Source of the DNA: Octopus bimaculoides
Taxonomy: Eukaryota
DNA length: 64,000 nt
Direction: 5' to 3'
NCBI RefSeq assembly: GCF_001194135.2
Contig: NC_068994.1
Location: 39,719,949 to 39,783,948, forward strand
Made by a program: the position numbers and the translations under genes. Positions within the stretch are counted from its first letter, which is position 1. Each line of letters begins with the position of its first letter. This document shows positions 1 to 13,600 of this stretch, piece after piece. The notes under the pieces were generated by a model. The model was given only the letters and a program-made list of their open reading frames with translations, did no database searches and was not told the origin of the DNA.

Positions 1-1230
1 GTGTGTATGTAAAATTCGTTTTACCTGGGACTTAAAACTTTGCGAGAGGGCTGCAGACTGGTTGACTATATCGTCAGGCAAAACTTAAATTTTGATCAAA
101 ACGATTTTTACTGTAAATACTTTACCTTTATGTGGAAATGTTCTCTTGTGATTCTTAAATTTGCTTTAAATAAAAGACAGTCTAGATTAACATATGTGTG
201 TGTGTGTGTGTGTGTGTGTGTCTGCGTGCGCACGCCTGTGTGTGTGTGTGTGTTAAAACAAGTACTAGAAATAATATGAAATAAAACTCATCTTATGTTC
301 GGCTATCAAGTGGAATGTAGAGTAGATTTAATATATAAAATAGTGAAGAAAATGAAAATTTTGGTCGGGAATCGTGATAACAGATTAATCTATAAAGAGC
401 ATTTAAAAACTGAAAAGTTTTAGGAAGATATTTAAAAAAACATGCTGTCGAACAAGCCAAGAGGAAACAACTCATGTCAAACTAAAATCAAATTGCTTAT
501 ACAGCGGTGCTTTTGATAGGAGCTGGAATCGAATGCACAAATGTATGTACGTGTGTTCGCTGGGGCATATCAGCACAATGTGTTTCTCTTGTTCCCCTTC
601 TTTACCTGTCCTCTGTCTCTCTCTCCAAACGCACACACGCGCGCGCGCAGACATATGCACTATCACTATCATTATGACTATCATTAGCTATCAAACCACA
701 TTTCCATACCGGCTTTATTTTACGATAAACTTGCACAACAGCATATTTTCGTGTGCCTTTCTCTATCTTGTAACATCTCATGTGTGAAGCGTAATGTTTT
801 TAAGATTTGATCTAAATATCTTGTCCAGATCTCCTTCAGCCTATCTCTCCTTTGTGTACACTCCAACTCCAATCTCGTGACACTTTTTCCGCCCAGTACA
901 TATCATCGATTCACATGATATATGTGCGTATCACTACAGTCATCAAATCTTCCATTACATTTCATTCACTTTCTCTCTCTCTCTCTCTGTCTCTCTTTGT
1001 TTCATTCTCTTTTTTCTATCATTTCTCTCTCTCTTTCTATCTCTATCTCTCGTTCTTTCTCTCTGTTGAGACCAAAACTGAACCGTCTCTTATCTCAACT
1101 TATATTTCTTAAAGTCAATGCCAAAGATATTTTTCTTCCTACTTTTGACACAACACTCTTTTTCATAAACACACACATACATTTATGTAAGCATGTATTT
1201 GGTGTGTGTTTGTGTGTGTGTGTACATACA

Positions 1231-1266
<36 letters not shown>

Positions 1267-1274
1267 TATATATA

Positions 1275-1524
1275 CCTTTATTTGTTTTAGTCATTTAACT
1301 TTAGCCATGCTGGAGCACCACCTTTAGTTGAGCAAATCGCCCCCACCCAACTTATTCTTTGTTAGCCTAGTACTTATTCTATCAGTCTCTTTTGCCAAAC
1401 CACTAAGTTATGTGGACGTTAACACACCAGCATCTGTTGTCAAGCGATGTTGGGGGGACACAAACAAATATATATATATGATGGGCTTCTCTCACTTTCC
1501 ATCTACCAAATACACTCACAAAGC
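1275..1524 (-). mobile_element. SINE family A, 3' half
   Basis: Reverse complement of ~1697-1995. Confidence 0.8.
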
Positions 1525-1579
1525 ATGAAACTATTAGTAGCTCTTTCAGTTGTGCATTAGATTGATATATATGTATATA

Positions 1580-1752
1580 GGCACAGGAGTGGCTGTGTGG
1601 TAAGTAGCTTGCTTATCAACCACATGGTTCTGGGTTCAGTCCCACTGCATGGCATCTTAGGCAAGTGTCTTCTACTATAGCCTCGGGCCGACCAAAGCCT
1701 TGTGAGTGGATTTGGTAGACGGAAACTGAAAGAAGCCCGTCGTATAGATACG

Positions 1753-1801
<49 letters not shown>

Positions 1802-2025
1802 TTGTGTGTCTGTGTTTGTCCCTCTAGCATTGCTTGACAACCAATGCTGGTGTGTTTATGTCCCCGACACTTAGCGGTTCGGCAAAAGAGACCGATATAA
1901 TAAGTACTAGGCTTACAAAGAATAAGTCCTGGGGTCGATTTACTTGACTAAAGGTGGTGCTCCAGCATGGCTGCAGTCAAATGACTGAAACAAGAAAAAG
2001 AGTAAAAAAAAAAAAAAAAGAGTAT
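1580..2025 (+). mobile_element. tRNA-derived SINE family A, full copy
   Basis: Head ggcacaggagtggctgtgtggtaag...gggttcagtccc (A/B-box-like), an internal TA/TG microsatellite and an aaaagagt tail. Recurs about ten times in the window. Confidence 0.85.
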
Positions 2026-2099
2026 ATGGCGAGATGACAAAAGTGTGGTGAGAAGACTGAGATGCCTGGTGCCTTGCTGTACTCAAGAAGACCCGTACT

Positions 2100-2400
2100 C
2101 TGCAGCAGTAGTGTTAAGACCCATCCCTCTGGTGTAAAGCACTCATGATGGTGCACACATAAAAGTACCCGTGCAGTGTCACATAAATGTGCCTGAGCAG
2201 TGCCACGTAGAAGTGCTCACACAGAGCCACATAAAAGCACCCAGTACACTCTGTAAAGTGGTTGGTGTTAGGAATGGCATCCTGCCATAGAAACCATGCC
2301 AACTCAGACTGGAGTCTGGTGCAGCTTTCCCGGCTTGCCTGCCCTGGTCAAACCATCCAACCCATGCATGCCAGTATGGACAACAGACGTTAAATGATGA
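2100..2400 (+). mobile_element. Retroposon 3' end, family D (RTE-tail-like, (TGA)n tail)
   Basis: gtggttggtgttaggaatggcatcc...acagacgttaaatgatga. Also seen at 17714-17918 (-), 38255-38455 (+) and 45235-45470 (-). Confidence 0.7.
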
Positions 2401-2402
2401 TG

Positions 2403-2441
<39 letters not shown>

Positions 2442-2451
2442 TGTGTGTGTA

Positions 2452-2492
<41 letters not shown>

Positions 2493-2504
2493 GTGTGTGC
2501 GTGT

Positions 2505-3060
2505 GTGTTTGCATTATCAGTATCATTGTTTAATGTCCACTTTTACATTCCTGCATGGGTCAGAAGGAATTTGCTAAGGTAGATTGTTGTTATACAACAG
2601 CAGTCACAATGCACTTCCAGTCTTCCTATCATTGCAAATCCTTCTACTCTTTGGGCCCCATGACTTTGATATATGTCTTTGAAATGCTCTCTTCTGATCT
2701 CTTGGATACCAATCTACAACTGAATGAGTCTTTCTGCCAATTATAAGCTTTGAAACATGAGCAGTCCAAAAGAACTTCTGCTTTTGGTATTCTGCAGTCA
2801 TATCACTTACTGCACTCCATTCTTAAATTATTTTAGTTTGGATATTCTTCCACAATAATGTTCCAAGCATGGATCTTTCCATGGCCACTCTGTATCATAG
2901 CCAGTGTCTGTTTTTTCGTAGTAGCCCACATTTGCATATAAAAGTGAAGTATTGACGAGATTGGTACATTTTTAATCAAGGCAAACCACTTTGAGCCTGC
3001 TCTTATTCTTCTTGAGATTTTAACATTTACATCTTGACATATATTTATCATCTGCCCCAA
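2505..3060 (-). mobile_element. 5'-truncated, decayed RTE-clade LINE (RT C-terminus and 3' end)
   Basis: Fragments KISRRIRAGSKWFA, MWATTKKQ and VVDWYPRDQKR match the post-RT motifs of RTE elements (I-x-RRI-x-x-G, E-x-W-x-x-TKK, W-x-P-x-x-x-KR). 3' end is ...gtggacattaaacaatga. Confidence 0.72.
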
Positions 3061-3104
3061 CTAAAATTACACTTTCACCTCCTCAATTTCCTTACTTTCC
3101 TCAA

Positions 3105-4310
3105 ACAACTAATTTACTTTATGAATTCACTTTCCCTCAACACATTACTTTAATAAGGGATACCTTTATCAAAAGTTGCATTATTCAACAATAAATCAGA
3201 AATGATTTTACTCATATTACCTTTTACTTGTTTCAATCATTGAACTGAAACTATACTAACTTGTGGGGTTTTAGTCAAACAAATCAGCCTCAGTACTTCA
3301 ATCTGGTATTTATTCAATCAGTCTCTCTCACCAAATTGCTGAGTTACAAGGTCGTTAAGAAACCAATGCTGGTTGTCAAACTATTACCCAATTATATAGT
3401 GCTAAAAGAAATTTACTGACGTGTCTACTTTTGTAAAAAGTTTTAAGTGTTTTGTTTGGATAAGGTATTTCTCTGTGATACACAGATTACAATGTTTGGG
3501 TCAAATAGTTTATGAAGTACTATGATCCATAATTCCTCATTTAAATGATACTTTTCTTTTTACCTTAAATATATTTGAGAACAAAACTGTGGCATTACTC
3601 TTCATTTCAAAAGAATGAAGCATGATTAATATCACATTTTATAAATTTAACATATAAAATCCTTTGTAATGTTTCATCATAATTTTCTGACCTATAATTG
3701 AACTGATGTAGAATTTGTTTAACACTTTCAAATTAAAGGGCCATAACTTTTTATTTCTACAACATGATATTATCAGCAATTTTATTAGTTGTCTCTTTTA
3801 TTAGGAATTTTTTATAGTGATAGTGCAGCTATTTACAGACCTTAAATCGATTCTATTAAATGATTTTCACTATCTATAATCAATAAGAAAATGTTCGATT
3901 ATTAGGGCTAACTATTATTTTTTCCTTATTTTGTGATATTGGATTTAATGCTTGAAGAGAAGCAGATGTTAAACCAGATATTTTAGTATCTTTACTTCAT
4001 AAAACATGTTGAAAGTTTTGGTCTACAACTAATTTACTTTATGAATTCACTTTCCCTCAACACATTATTTTAATAAGGGATGCTTTTTATCAAAGGTTAC
4101 ATTATTCAACAATAAATCAGAAATGACTTTACTCATATTACCTTTTACTTGTTTCAATCATTGAACTGAAACCATAGTGAGGTATTACCTTGTGGTGTTT
4201 TAGTCAAACAAACCAGCCCCAGTACTTCAATCTGGTATTTATTCAATCAGTCTCTTTCACCAAATTGCTGAGTTACAAGGTCATTAAGAAACCAACACTG
4301 GTTGTCAAAC
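3105..4310 (+). repeat. Local direct duplication of ~280 bp (3105-3381 and 4025-4310)
   Basis: Collinear and highly similar, offset ~920 bp. It includes unique-looking flank plus the SINE A 3' end. Confidence 0.9.
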
Positions 4311-4358
4311 AGTTGGACACTGGGGTACTATAGATACAAAGACACACACACACACACA

Positions 4359-4389
<31 letters not shown>

Positions 4390-4560
4390 TCTCTCTCTCT
4401 CTTTCTCTCTAACATGGACACACTTATGATGGGCACCCACACAAGGCACTGGTCAGCTTGGGGCTATAGTAGAAGACACTTGCTCAATGTGTTGTACAGT
4501 GGGATTGAACCCAAAGCCATATGGTTGCAAGCCAAGTTTCTCAACTACACAGCCAGTGTT
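4140..4560 (-). mobile_element. SINE family A, diverged copy
   Basis: Contains acaaggcactggtcagcttgggctatagtagaagacacttgc...gggattgaaccc. Confidence 0.7.
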
Positions 4561-6050
4561 ATTACAGAAATGGGAAAATATTCAACTGAACACTTTCAAG
4601 TAGTTAGTTATATATTCTTTTCTTTTACCAGTTTCAGTCATGTAGACTGAGGTCATGCTGGAGTACCACATTTAATGTCTTTTACTTGAGTATAAATAGA
4701 CTTCAGTCTTTTATCTCGTACTTATTTTATGAACCTCAGAGGGAGTTAAGCAAAGTTGACCAGTATGGGAGAGATCGAACTCTAAAATGTAAAAAAAAAA
4801 ACCAAAAAAAGAAAAACAAAGCATAGTCACAATTCTAAAAAGTAACAAGAATAAGAAACATGCCTTCAACCCAATTCCACTTATAAGGTATTACAAGGTA
4901 GAAAACACTTGCCTATGGTGCTGCACAGTGGGATTGAACATGGAGCCCTATGACTACAAAACAAACTTCCTACACCTATGACTATATTCTCAATTCAAAT
5001 CCAATAAGAATCGACTTTCCACAATCTCAGGTCAGTCAATAACATAAGTTCCATTTGATTCAGCGAACTACATTCTCAATACAAATCCAGTAAGGATCAA
5101 CTTCGATCACTCTAGGGTCAGTCAATAAAATAAATACCAATTGATTTGGTGAACTACTGTGTACTCTAGCTAGTTAGTAACTTTTGTATCTTTCATTGTT
5201 GTTTTTGTGTAGTTCTTCTTATCTTATTTGTTCCCTGCAAAATATCATTACTATAATTGGGAACATGGCAAGTGCTGTTTTATAGCCATAAGTTTTCAGT
5301 GAACTGAATCTATCACTTAATTTCAATTCTCTGATGAATCTACAATGAATCTACTCTCTGATGTGAATGGTCCACTTCAGAAAAAAATATGAACAATTTC
5401 TTTTTCCCTACCTACTACTACTCCTCTTAAAAAAACAAAATTCTGATACATCATTCCTGACAGTAGGAATCATTATTATAATTGATATAGGGTAAATTGT
5501 CAGTGAATAGGCATAGATTTATGTATGACAAAACATTTTACCACCAAATAGTATATGTTGCTATTAACAGATGAAACAAATGTGACTATATTGTTATATA
5601 CTTGTGTGAAGCAACTTTCACATTATCTCAGGACAACACAAGATCATAAGTCAAGTCAAATACTTGGTAAGCATGTACAATGCTAAGGTATACATGCACA
5701 CACACACACACACACGTGCACGCACACACACACACGTGCACACACACACACACACAACCATAAATTCATGAGGTATGAGAGATGAATATATATATATATT
5801 TTTAACCACATGACTTTCTTTAAATAACTAAGGATAAGATTGTTATTTAAAATACCGATCATATCAAGTGGCCAGCATGGGAATAAAAACCTTATAGGTA
5901 ATAATTATTATTAAAAATTATAATTAAGGGTATCTAAAAGATACCATCATGCTTGAGATAGCAGTCAAAACTTGACTCTAAAACTACATCAAGTATTCAT
6001 ACAGCACCATGAAGAAAAGACAAAGAGACAAATAAGCTAGTAAAAATTAT

Positions 6051-6807
6051 TGGATAATGAATTGTCCGAAGGCAATCGCAAATCCCGATTCGACATCTGC
6101 TCTTCTCTCCATTTTCATGAACTCATTTCACCCTTTTTGGATAAACTTGTGACTGGTGATGAATAATGGATCTTCTCTCGAAATGTTAAACGTCGTAAAC
6201 AGTGGCTTGGTAAAAGGGGAAAAGCTCAACCACAACCAAGAAGGGAAATTCATGGGAAAAAGTTTCTTCTCTCTATCTGGTGGGATTGCAAAGGAGTAAT
6301 TCATTTTGAATTGTTATCACCTAATGCAACAATCAATACTCAAGTCTACTGTCAGCAATTAGATCATCTGAACCAAACTTTGAAGAAAAAATGACCTGCT
6401 TTAGTGAATCAAAAAGGAGTGATGTTTCATCAGGACAATGAGCGACCCCACACTGCAAAGATCACATCACAGAAGATCGAAGAGCCTGGTTGACAGAAAA
6501 TTCCTCATCTACCTTATTCTCCTGACCTTGCTCCTTCAGACTACCATTTGTTTCGTAGTTTACAGAATCATTTGGGGGACATAACTTTTGCAAGCCAGGA
6601 GGAGGTCGAAACTGACATTTCAGAGTTCTTCGCTTTGAAACCAAAAGAGTTTTACATTGATGGGGTTAAAAAGCTTGTAAATAGATAGAATGAAGTCATA
6701 GATAATCAGGGAAAGTACATTGATGATTAAATTTCAATTAAATATGACATTTGATCACTTGTTTTCTTTATTCGAAATTCGAACAGAACTTAAGGGATGA
6801 CCTGATA
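6051..6807 (+). mobile_element. 5'-truncated, inactive mariner (DD34D) transposon
   Basis: One frame with several stops reads FLDKLVTGDE*W...WWDCKGVIHFELL...MFHQDNERPHT...PYSPDLAPSDYHLFRSLQNHL...NQGKYIDD*. Probable right TIR ends ...aagggatgacctga-TA. Confidence 0.92.
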
Positions 6808-6823
6808 TGTATATATGTGTGCA

Positions 6824-6865
<42 letters not shown>

Positions 6866-7188
6866 CACAAACACATAGAAATGTTTTATCATTGCAATGA
6901 GTAATAAATTTTTTTAAACATGTAGTAAAAAGCTTCATTTTTTCCCAATATATTCAGCTATGTATACAGACTTGCTAAATTCCCTAAATGGCTAACCATC
7001 TTAATAAATAAATTTCTGGTATCATTGCAATAATGTACCTTCCTTGGAGTATATTCTACAAACAATACANNNNNNNNNNNNNNNNNNNNNNNNNNNNNNN
7101 NNNNNNNNNNNNNNNNNNNNNNNNNNNNNNNNNNNNNNNNNNNNNNNNNNNNNNNNNNNNNNNNNNNNNNNNNNNNNNNNNNNNNNNN

Positions 7189-8040
7189 ATGTATGTATTC
7201 ACACAAGCACATGCATACACTCAGATGAATAAAACAATCATGCAATTAAACACATACATATGCATGCACACACACACACACACACACACATATGTTCATA
7301 CATTCACGCATACACATACAAGCAAATACATACACAAACACATACATGCACATGATCAATCATACAAGCATACATATCCAAATATGCAACCACATAAATA
7401 CATATAAACACACGCAGACACACACATACACATGCAAATACATACTTGTGCACAAATGCATACCAATACACACACACACACACATGCATTCATGCAAATA
7501 CACAAATACATATACAAATACACACATGCATATAATAAAATATACATGCAGGCAAACATGCACACCTCCAAATATGTAAACAAATAACAACATACAAACA
7601 CACCGAACTAGTTATACACACATATAAACCAGTACATATATGCATGTAAGTACACATACATCCATGCACATACACACATGCAAATGCATACATGAACATA
7701 AACATTCATACATCCAAATATGTAAATACATAAAAACACACACATACACATGCAAATAAATACACATATACAGACAGATACTATCACATCCACACACATA
7801 AACAAACACACACTCACACACATTCAAATACATACACAGCTACATACACATATATACAAACACACACACATGCCTCCAAATATTCAAACACATAACATAC
7901 TTATAAAACTCTCACATAAAAACACATACAAATACATAAATGCATATACATTCATACACATACAAGCACTCACACAAATGCACAAACACAAACATATTAA
8001 CACAGTGAAACACTTACATACACACACACATAGATGCATG
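7189..8040. repeat. Long cryptic (CA/TA)-rich simple-sequence field
   Basis: Near-absence of G on the plus strand over ~850 bp; source of the HT/VC-rich ORFs. Confidence 0.85.
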
Positions 8041-8611
8041 AAGAAAACCCTCTGGACTATGAGTCTTTCAGCAGTGTTGGTTCAAGTTATCATTCTGCTA
8101 TTTACTGTTAAAATGACATTATGTATATACATGTGTAAAAAAAAAAAATCATGGACAAAGTTCAAAAGTGAAAGTGAAAGTGAAAGTAAACAACCAAACA
8201 AACAATACCAATATAACAAAACATAGTATATATAACAAAGATAATGGGATAATGAAATAATGTAATAGCAAATATAAATCTATTAGAACAGACATTATGT
8301 CAATTAGGAGCAATCTAAAGGAAGTGTAACGGCTTCCGGGAATATCAAAACTGGATTTGTGAACCCAAGTTCAGTGTGATAATGATGACAATGATGATGA
8401 TGATGATGATGATAATTATAATAATGATGATGATGATAATGATGATAAGATCATGATCATGATGATGTTGATGTTGATGATGATGATTTCTTTATTTGCC
8501 ACGAGGGCATAAGGTATCAGATGATGGGAACATTACAAAGACAGTTTACAATCTGAGTTGAGGTTTACATAAAAGATAAAGGGGAATGAATTGAAAGGAG
8601 AATGAAATGAG

Positions 8612-8643
<32 letters not shown>

Positions 8644-8965
8644 TCACAAAAATGACATAAGCTACACTATATATGTATCTAATAAAATAAACACCCCCCA
8701 CAACGTGTACTTTACAGGATGGATACCCAACAGAATAACACATCTCACATTACACACACAATATGCAATACAAACACTAATACAACAAAAGCCTCAACCC
8801 AAACTTCATGACAAAATAAACTAATGCAGTACAGTAACAGGTAGAGTCAGTACTCCCACACAACATCAAGGAAAACAAAAATACACAATGTTACACACTC
8901 CTCAGTGCCCTGGTAATGTACAAGGTGATTCAGTAGAAATCTGCATGAAACTATCAAATAATGAT

Positions 8966-9174
8966 CTCTTTTACTCTTTTACTTGTTTCAGTCATTTGAC
9001 TGCAGCCATGCTGGAGCACCGCCTTTAGTCAAACAAATCAACCCCAGGACTTATTCTTTGTAAGCCTAGTACTTATTCTATCAGTCACTTTTGCCGAACC
9101 GCTAAGTTACGGGTTTGTAAACACACCAGCATCGGTTGTCAAGCAATGTTGTGGGGACAAACACAGACACACAA

Positions 9175-9221
<47 letters not shown>

Positions 9222-9386
9222 TACGATGGGCTTCTTTCAGTTTCCGTCTACCAAATCCACTCATGAGGCTTTGGTCGGCACGAGGCTATAGTAGAAGACA
9301 CTTGCCCAAGGTGCCACGCAGTGGGACTGAACCCGGAACCATGTGGTTGGTAAGCAAGCTACTTATCACACAGCCACTCCTGCACC
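8966..9386 (-). mobile_element. SINE family A, full copy
   Basis: Near-complete reverse complement of 1580-2025. Confidence 0.85.
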
Positions 9387-9417
9387 TATACTATGATAAT
9401 AATAATAATAATAATCC

Positions 9418-9643
9418 TTTTCTTTTCTACTATAAGCACAATGCCTGCAAATTTTGGAGGAGGAGGCTAGTTGATTACATCAAGCTTAGTACTTGTCAGA
9501 TGCTCTATTTTATTGACCCCCAAAAGGATTAAAGGCAAAGTTGACCACTTTGGAATTTGAACTCAGAGAGTAGCGGCAGACAAAATTCCGCTAAGCATTT
9601 CGCCTGGTGTGCTAACAATTCTGCCAGCCTGCCACCTTCAATG

Positions 9644-9683
<40 letters not shown>

Positions 9684-9914
9684 TGACAATGATGATGATG
9701 ATGGTTTCAAATTTTTTCACAAAGCCAGCAATTTCAGGGAATGCATCAATCAGTTACATTGATCCCAGTGTTTCACTGGTACTTAATTTATCAACCTTGA
9801 AAGGATGAAAGGCAAAGTCAACCTCGGTGGCATTTGAACTCAGAACATAGCGGCAGATGAAATACTGCTAAGCATTTTGTCCAGTATGCTAACTATTTTG
9901 CCGGCTTGCCGCCT
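9418..9914 (-). mobile_element. SINE family C, two head-to-tail copies
   Basis: Two copies of ...gaaaggatgaaaggcaaagtcaacctcggtggcatttgaactcagaac...gctaagcatttt...cagcttgccgcct separated by (AAT)n/(GAT)n. The minus-strand head is tRNA-like. Confidence 0.8.
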
Positions 9915-10418
9915 TTTTTAATANNNNNNNNNNNNNNNNNNNNNNNNNNNNNNNNNNNNNNNNNNNNNNNNNNNNNNNNNNNNNNNNNNNNNNNNNNNNN
10001 NNNNNNNNNNNNNNNNNNNNNNNNNNNNNNNNNNNNNNNNNNNNNNNNNNNNNNNNNNNNNNNNNNNNNNNNNNNNNNNNNNNNNNNNNNNNNNNNNNNN
10101 NNNNNNNNNNNNNNNNNNNNNNNNNNNNNNNNNNNNNNNNNNNNNNNNNNNNNNNNNNNNNNNNNNNNNNNNNNNNNNNNNNNNNNNNNNNNNNNNNNNN
10201 NNNNNNNNNNNNNNNNNNNNNNNNNNNNNNNNNNNNNNNNNNNNNNNNNNNNNNNNNNNNNNNNNNNNNNNNNNNNNNNNNNNNNNNNNNNNNNNNNNNN
10301 NNNNNNNNNNNNNNNNNNNNNNNNNNNNNNNNNNNNNNNNNNNNNNNNNNNNNNNNNNNNNNNNNNNNNNNNNNNNNNNNNNNNNNNNNNNNNNNNNNNN
10401 NNNNNNNNNNNNNNNNNN

Positions 10419-10490
10419 GCAGTAGCTGCAATAGTAGTTTCCTCATATCTGCTGATCCCTTATATTTGATACATAGACTATAGCACAATG

Positions 10491-10525
<35 letters not shown>

Positions 10526-10948
10526 GGTGGTGGTGGTGGTGGTGGTGGTGGTTTTGGTGGTGGTGGTAGTAGTAGTAGTAGTAGTAATAGTAGTAGTAAT
10601 AGCATTAGTAATAGTAGTAGAAGTAGTAGTAGTAGAAGTAGTAGCAGCAGTAGTAGTAGTAGTAGTAGTAGTAGCAGCAGCAGTGATAATGAGGTGGTGG
10701 TGGTAATAATGGTGAGTGGTAGTAGTTGTCATAGTAGTGATGATTGGTGGTAGTGGTGGTGGAAGTGTAAGTAGTAGTAGTAGTAGTGGTTGATGTGGCA
10801 GTAGTAGTAGTAGTAGTAATTATTCTCATTGTTTTTATTGTCCTTGTTACGATTGTTGTTGTGATCATCGTCATCATCATTGTCATCATCATAGTAGTAG
10901 CAGCAGTAGTCATTGTTGTTGGTAGTATTGGCAGTAGCGACAGCAGCA

Positions 10949-10990
<42 letters not shown>

Positions 10991-11061
10991 AGGTGGTGGT
11001 GGTAGCGGCAGTAGTAGTAGTAGTGGTGGTAGTGGTGGTGGTAGTAGTAGTGGTGGTAGTA

Positions 11062-11094
<33 letters not shown>

Positions 11095-11190
11095 GTAATA
11101 GTAGAGGTGGTGGTGGTGGTGGTGGCAGCGGCAGTAGTAGTAGTAGTGGTGGTGATGGTAGTAGTAGTAGTAGTAGTAGTAGTAGTAACA
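10419..11190. repeat. Compound trinucleotide microsatellite field (GTA/GTG/GCA/GTT)n
   Basis: Direct inspection; it produces the poly-V/T/L ORFs in the track. Confidence 0.9.
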
Positions 11191-11723
11191 GCAGTTTTTT
11201 TATTATTTTTTTTCTGTCTCTGGACATTACAATTATGTCCATTATTATATCAATACCAGAATTCGATTCAGCATTAAAAGAAAATGAATAAATAAATAAA
11301 TAAAAACCCAGAAAATCATCTTTTAAATGAGTGTACCACAAAAAAAAAAAAGAAAGAAAAGAAAAGAAAGAAAGAAAGAAAGAACACCAGCATTGCAAAC
11401 TACAATCAGCAGAAAACTGAACAATTCACAGCAGAAATAGTTATAAATCATGTACAATTAGTAGAACATGTCAATAACAGAATCACATTTGCCCAATCAC
11501 AGGAGCCAATAATGATGATTGGCAGAAAGAGAACATTTAGAAGCAATAATATCCTCAATCAACAAAGGTGTACCTACTTTTGATATTTTTCTGTGATCTG
11601 AAACATTATGCAATAAAATAATTAAGAAAGTGGTCTTTATATCTAACTCACTAACGAACAATGCATGATAGAGTGTTGTACATTGTGCTGAGAGATTTGT
11701 TATTAGTGCTTACCTTAAAGCCA

Positions 11724-11774
<51 letters not shown>

Positions 11775-11863
11775 CTTTCATTTTCTTTCTTGTTTCAGTC
11801 ATTAGACTGCAGACATGCTGGCCACCACCTTCAAGAATTTTAGTTGAATGAATCAACTCCAGT

Positions 11864-12424
11864 CTTCACCCACACATGGGGTTGTTATTTGTTTGGTGGG
11901 ATATGAAGGGTTTAGTCCACTTTGAACTTTTTAACCCAAATCGAATGATAACAAAGGAGATCTACTGTGAGCAGCTTGAGCGGCTTAAGTCAGTGCTAGA
12001 AGAAAAACGACCATTTTTGCTTTCAAGACAAAAGGTGTTCTTCCATCAAGATAATGCTCAGCCACATACAACGAGGATGATATTCCAAAGGCTGGAGCAG
12101 TTTAAATGGGAAACGTTGCCCCACCCACCAATTCGCTGGACATTGCTTCATCTGATAATCATTTATTCTGTAGTTTTCAAAATCATTTGGATGGAAAAAA
12201 TATGAATTCTGTAGACAAGGTCAGAACAGTACTGGAGGAGTATTTTTCGTCATGGTCAAGTGAATTTTTGGGAGTGGGCCTTGCATGTCTACCAGACAGG
12301 TGGAAGAGCATTGTAGAAAATGAAGGAGAGTATATTTTAGATTAAAAAAGATCTTTATTTATCTTAATTTTTAAAAATAAAAGAAGAATAAGAAAACCGC
12401 CTTATTTATGGGATGACTCACAAC
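11864..12424 (+). mobile_element. Second truncated mariner remnant (different subfamily)
   Basis: VWWDMKGLVHFELF...FFHQDNAQPHT...(frameshift) SLDIASSDNHLFCSFQNHL...ENEGEYILD*. Right end is ttatttatgggatgactca. Confidence 0.9.
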
Positions 12425-12442
12425 ACACGTATATATATATAT

Positions 12443-12512
<70 letters not shown>

Positions 12513-13074
12513 TGTCTTTATATATTATATGAGTGTCGTGTTGTTGAACCTACATGATAAAGGCAGTGAAATTTGAAATACTTAACAAAAGAACCACCAG
12601 TCACTAAATACTATGAAATCAAAAGACGATAAAAGGAAATAGTATTGCAATAGATTTTGATAGAGAAATATATTCAATTGCTAAAATTATGAATATACAG
12701 ACATACATAATGAAATTGTTCAAGGGAATTAGCTATAGGATAAATTCATGTCTTTATGAAGATAAATTGTTTTGTTTCTGTGTTTTTTTTTATTTGATGT
12801 AGGTATCTTACTGTGTTGTATTTAAAGTATTTTTATAGCAGTAATATATCCTGTCTGTTTTAGTTAAGTAACTACTTAAATATGGGAGTTATGTTGCTAC
12901 TGGGACTTAACACATTAATAACTAAAATAAAATAAAATATGGACAACAGTATCCATAATTTCATTTTCTCTCCCTACTTTCTCTCTCCCATGTGCTCACA
13001 TACACACACACATACACATATATACCTATGCACATATGTGTGCATAGATGTGGAGACATATACACATTGATATA

Positions 13075-13117
<43 letters not shown>

Positions 13118-13127
13118 NNNNNNNNNN

Positions 13128-13168
<41 letters not shown>

Positions 13169-13260
13169 TCATGCACACATACACTGACATATGTGTGTGT
13201 ATGTGTATGTATATATGTATACACACACACACACATATATATATATGTACACATAACTAC

Positions 13261-13318
<58 letters not shown>

Positions 13319-13489
13319 CACAAATCCATTATGTTGCACAGTGGAAGTTATCTTAAAAGTAAAGCTATTATATTAGTGAAAGACAAAAACAAATGTTATA
13401 AGAAATATCAAATGTAATGCAATTTGTCAGGCTAATAAATAAAAACAAAGAGCCAAGTCATACTAAATAGAATAGAAAGGAGCTGAAAA

Positions 13490-13600
13490 CAAATTGTTCC
13501 AGGAAAACCAAGCAGGCTTTCTAGAAAGAAAATTATATACAAATAAGAAAACTACAGAGAAGTTTGCAATTGTGCCATAAATAAAATAAAACTCATAGCT
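13490..13600 (+). mobile_element. Possible LINE RT fragment
   Basis: FQENQAGFLERK resembles the QAGFR motif of non-LTR reverse transcriptases; the match is short and decayed. Confidence 0.3.

Noticed and set aside
9889-11398. Long poly-V/T/L/P ORFs
   Set aside because: Translations of trinucleotide microsatellites and N gaps.
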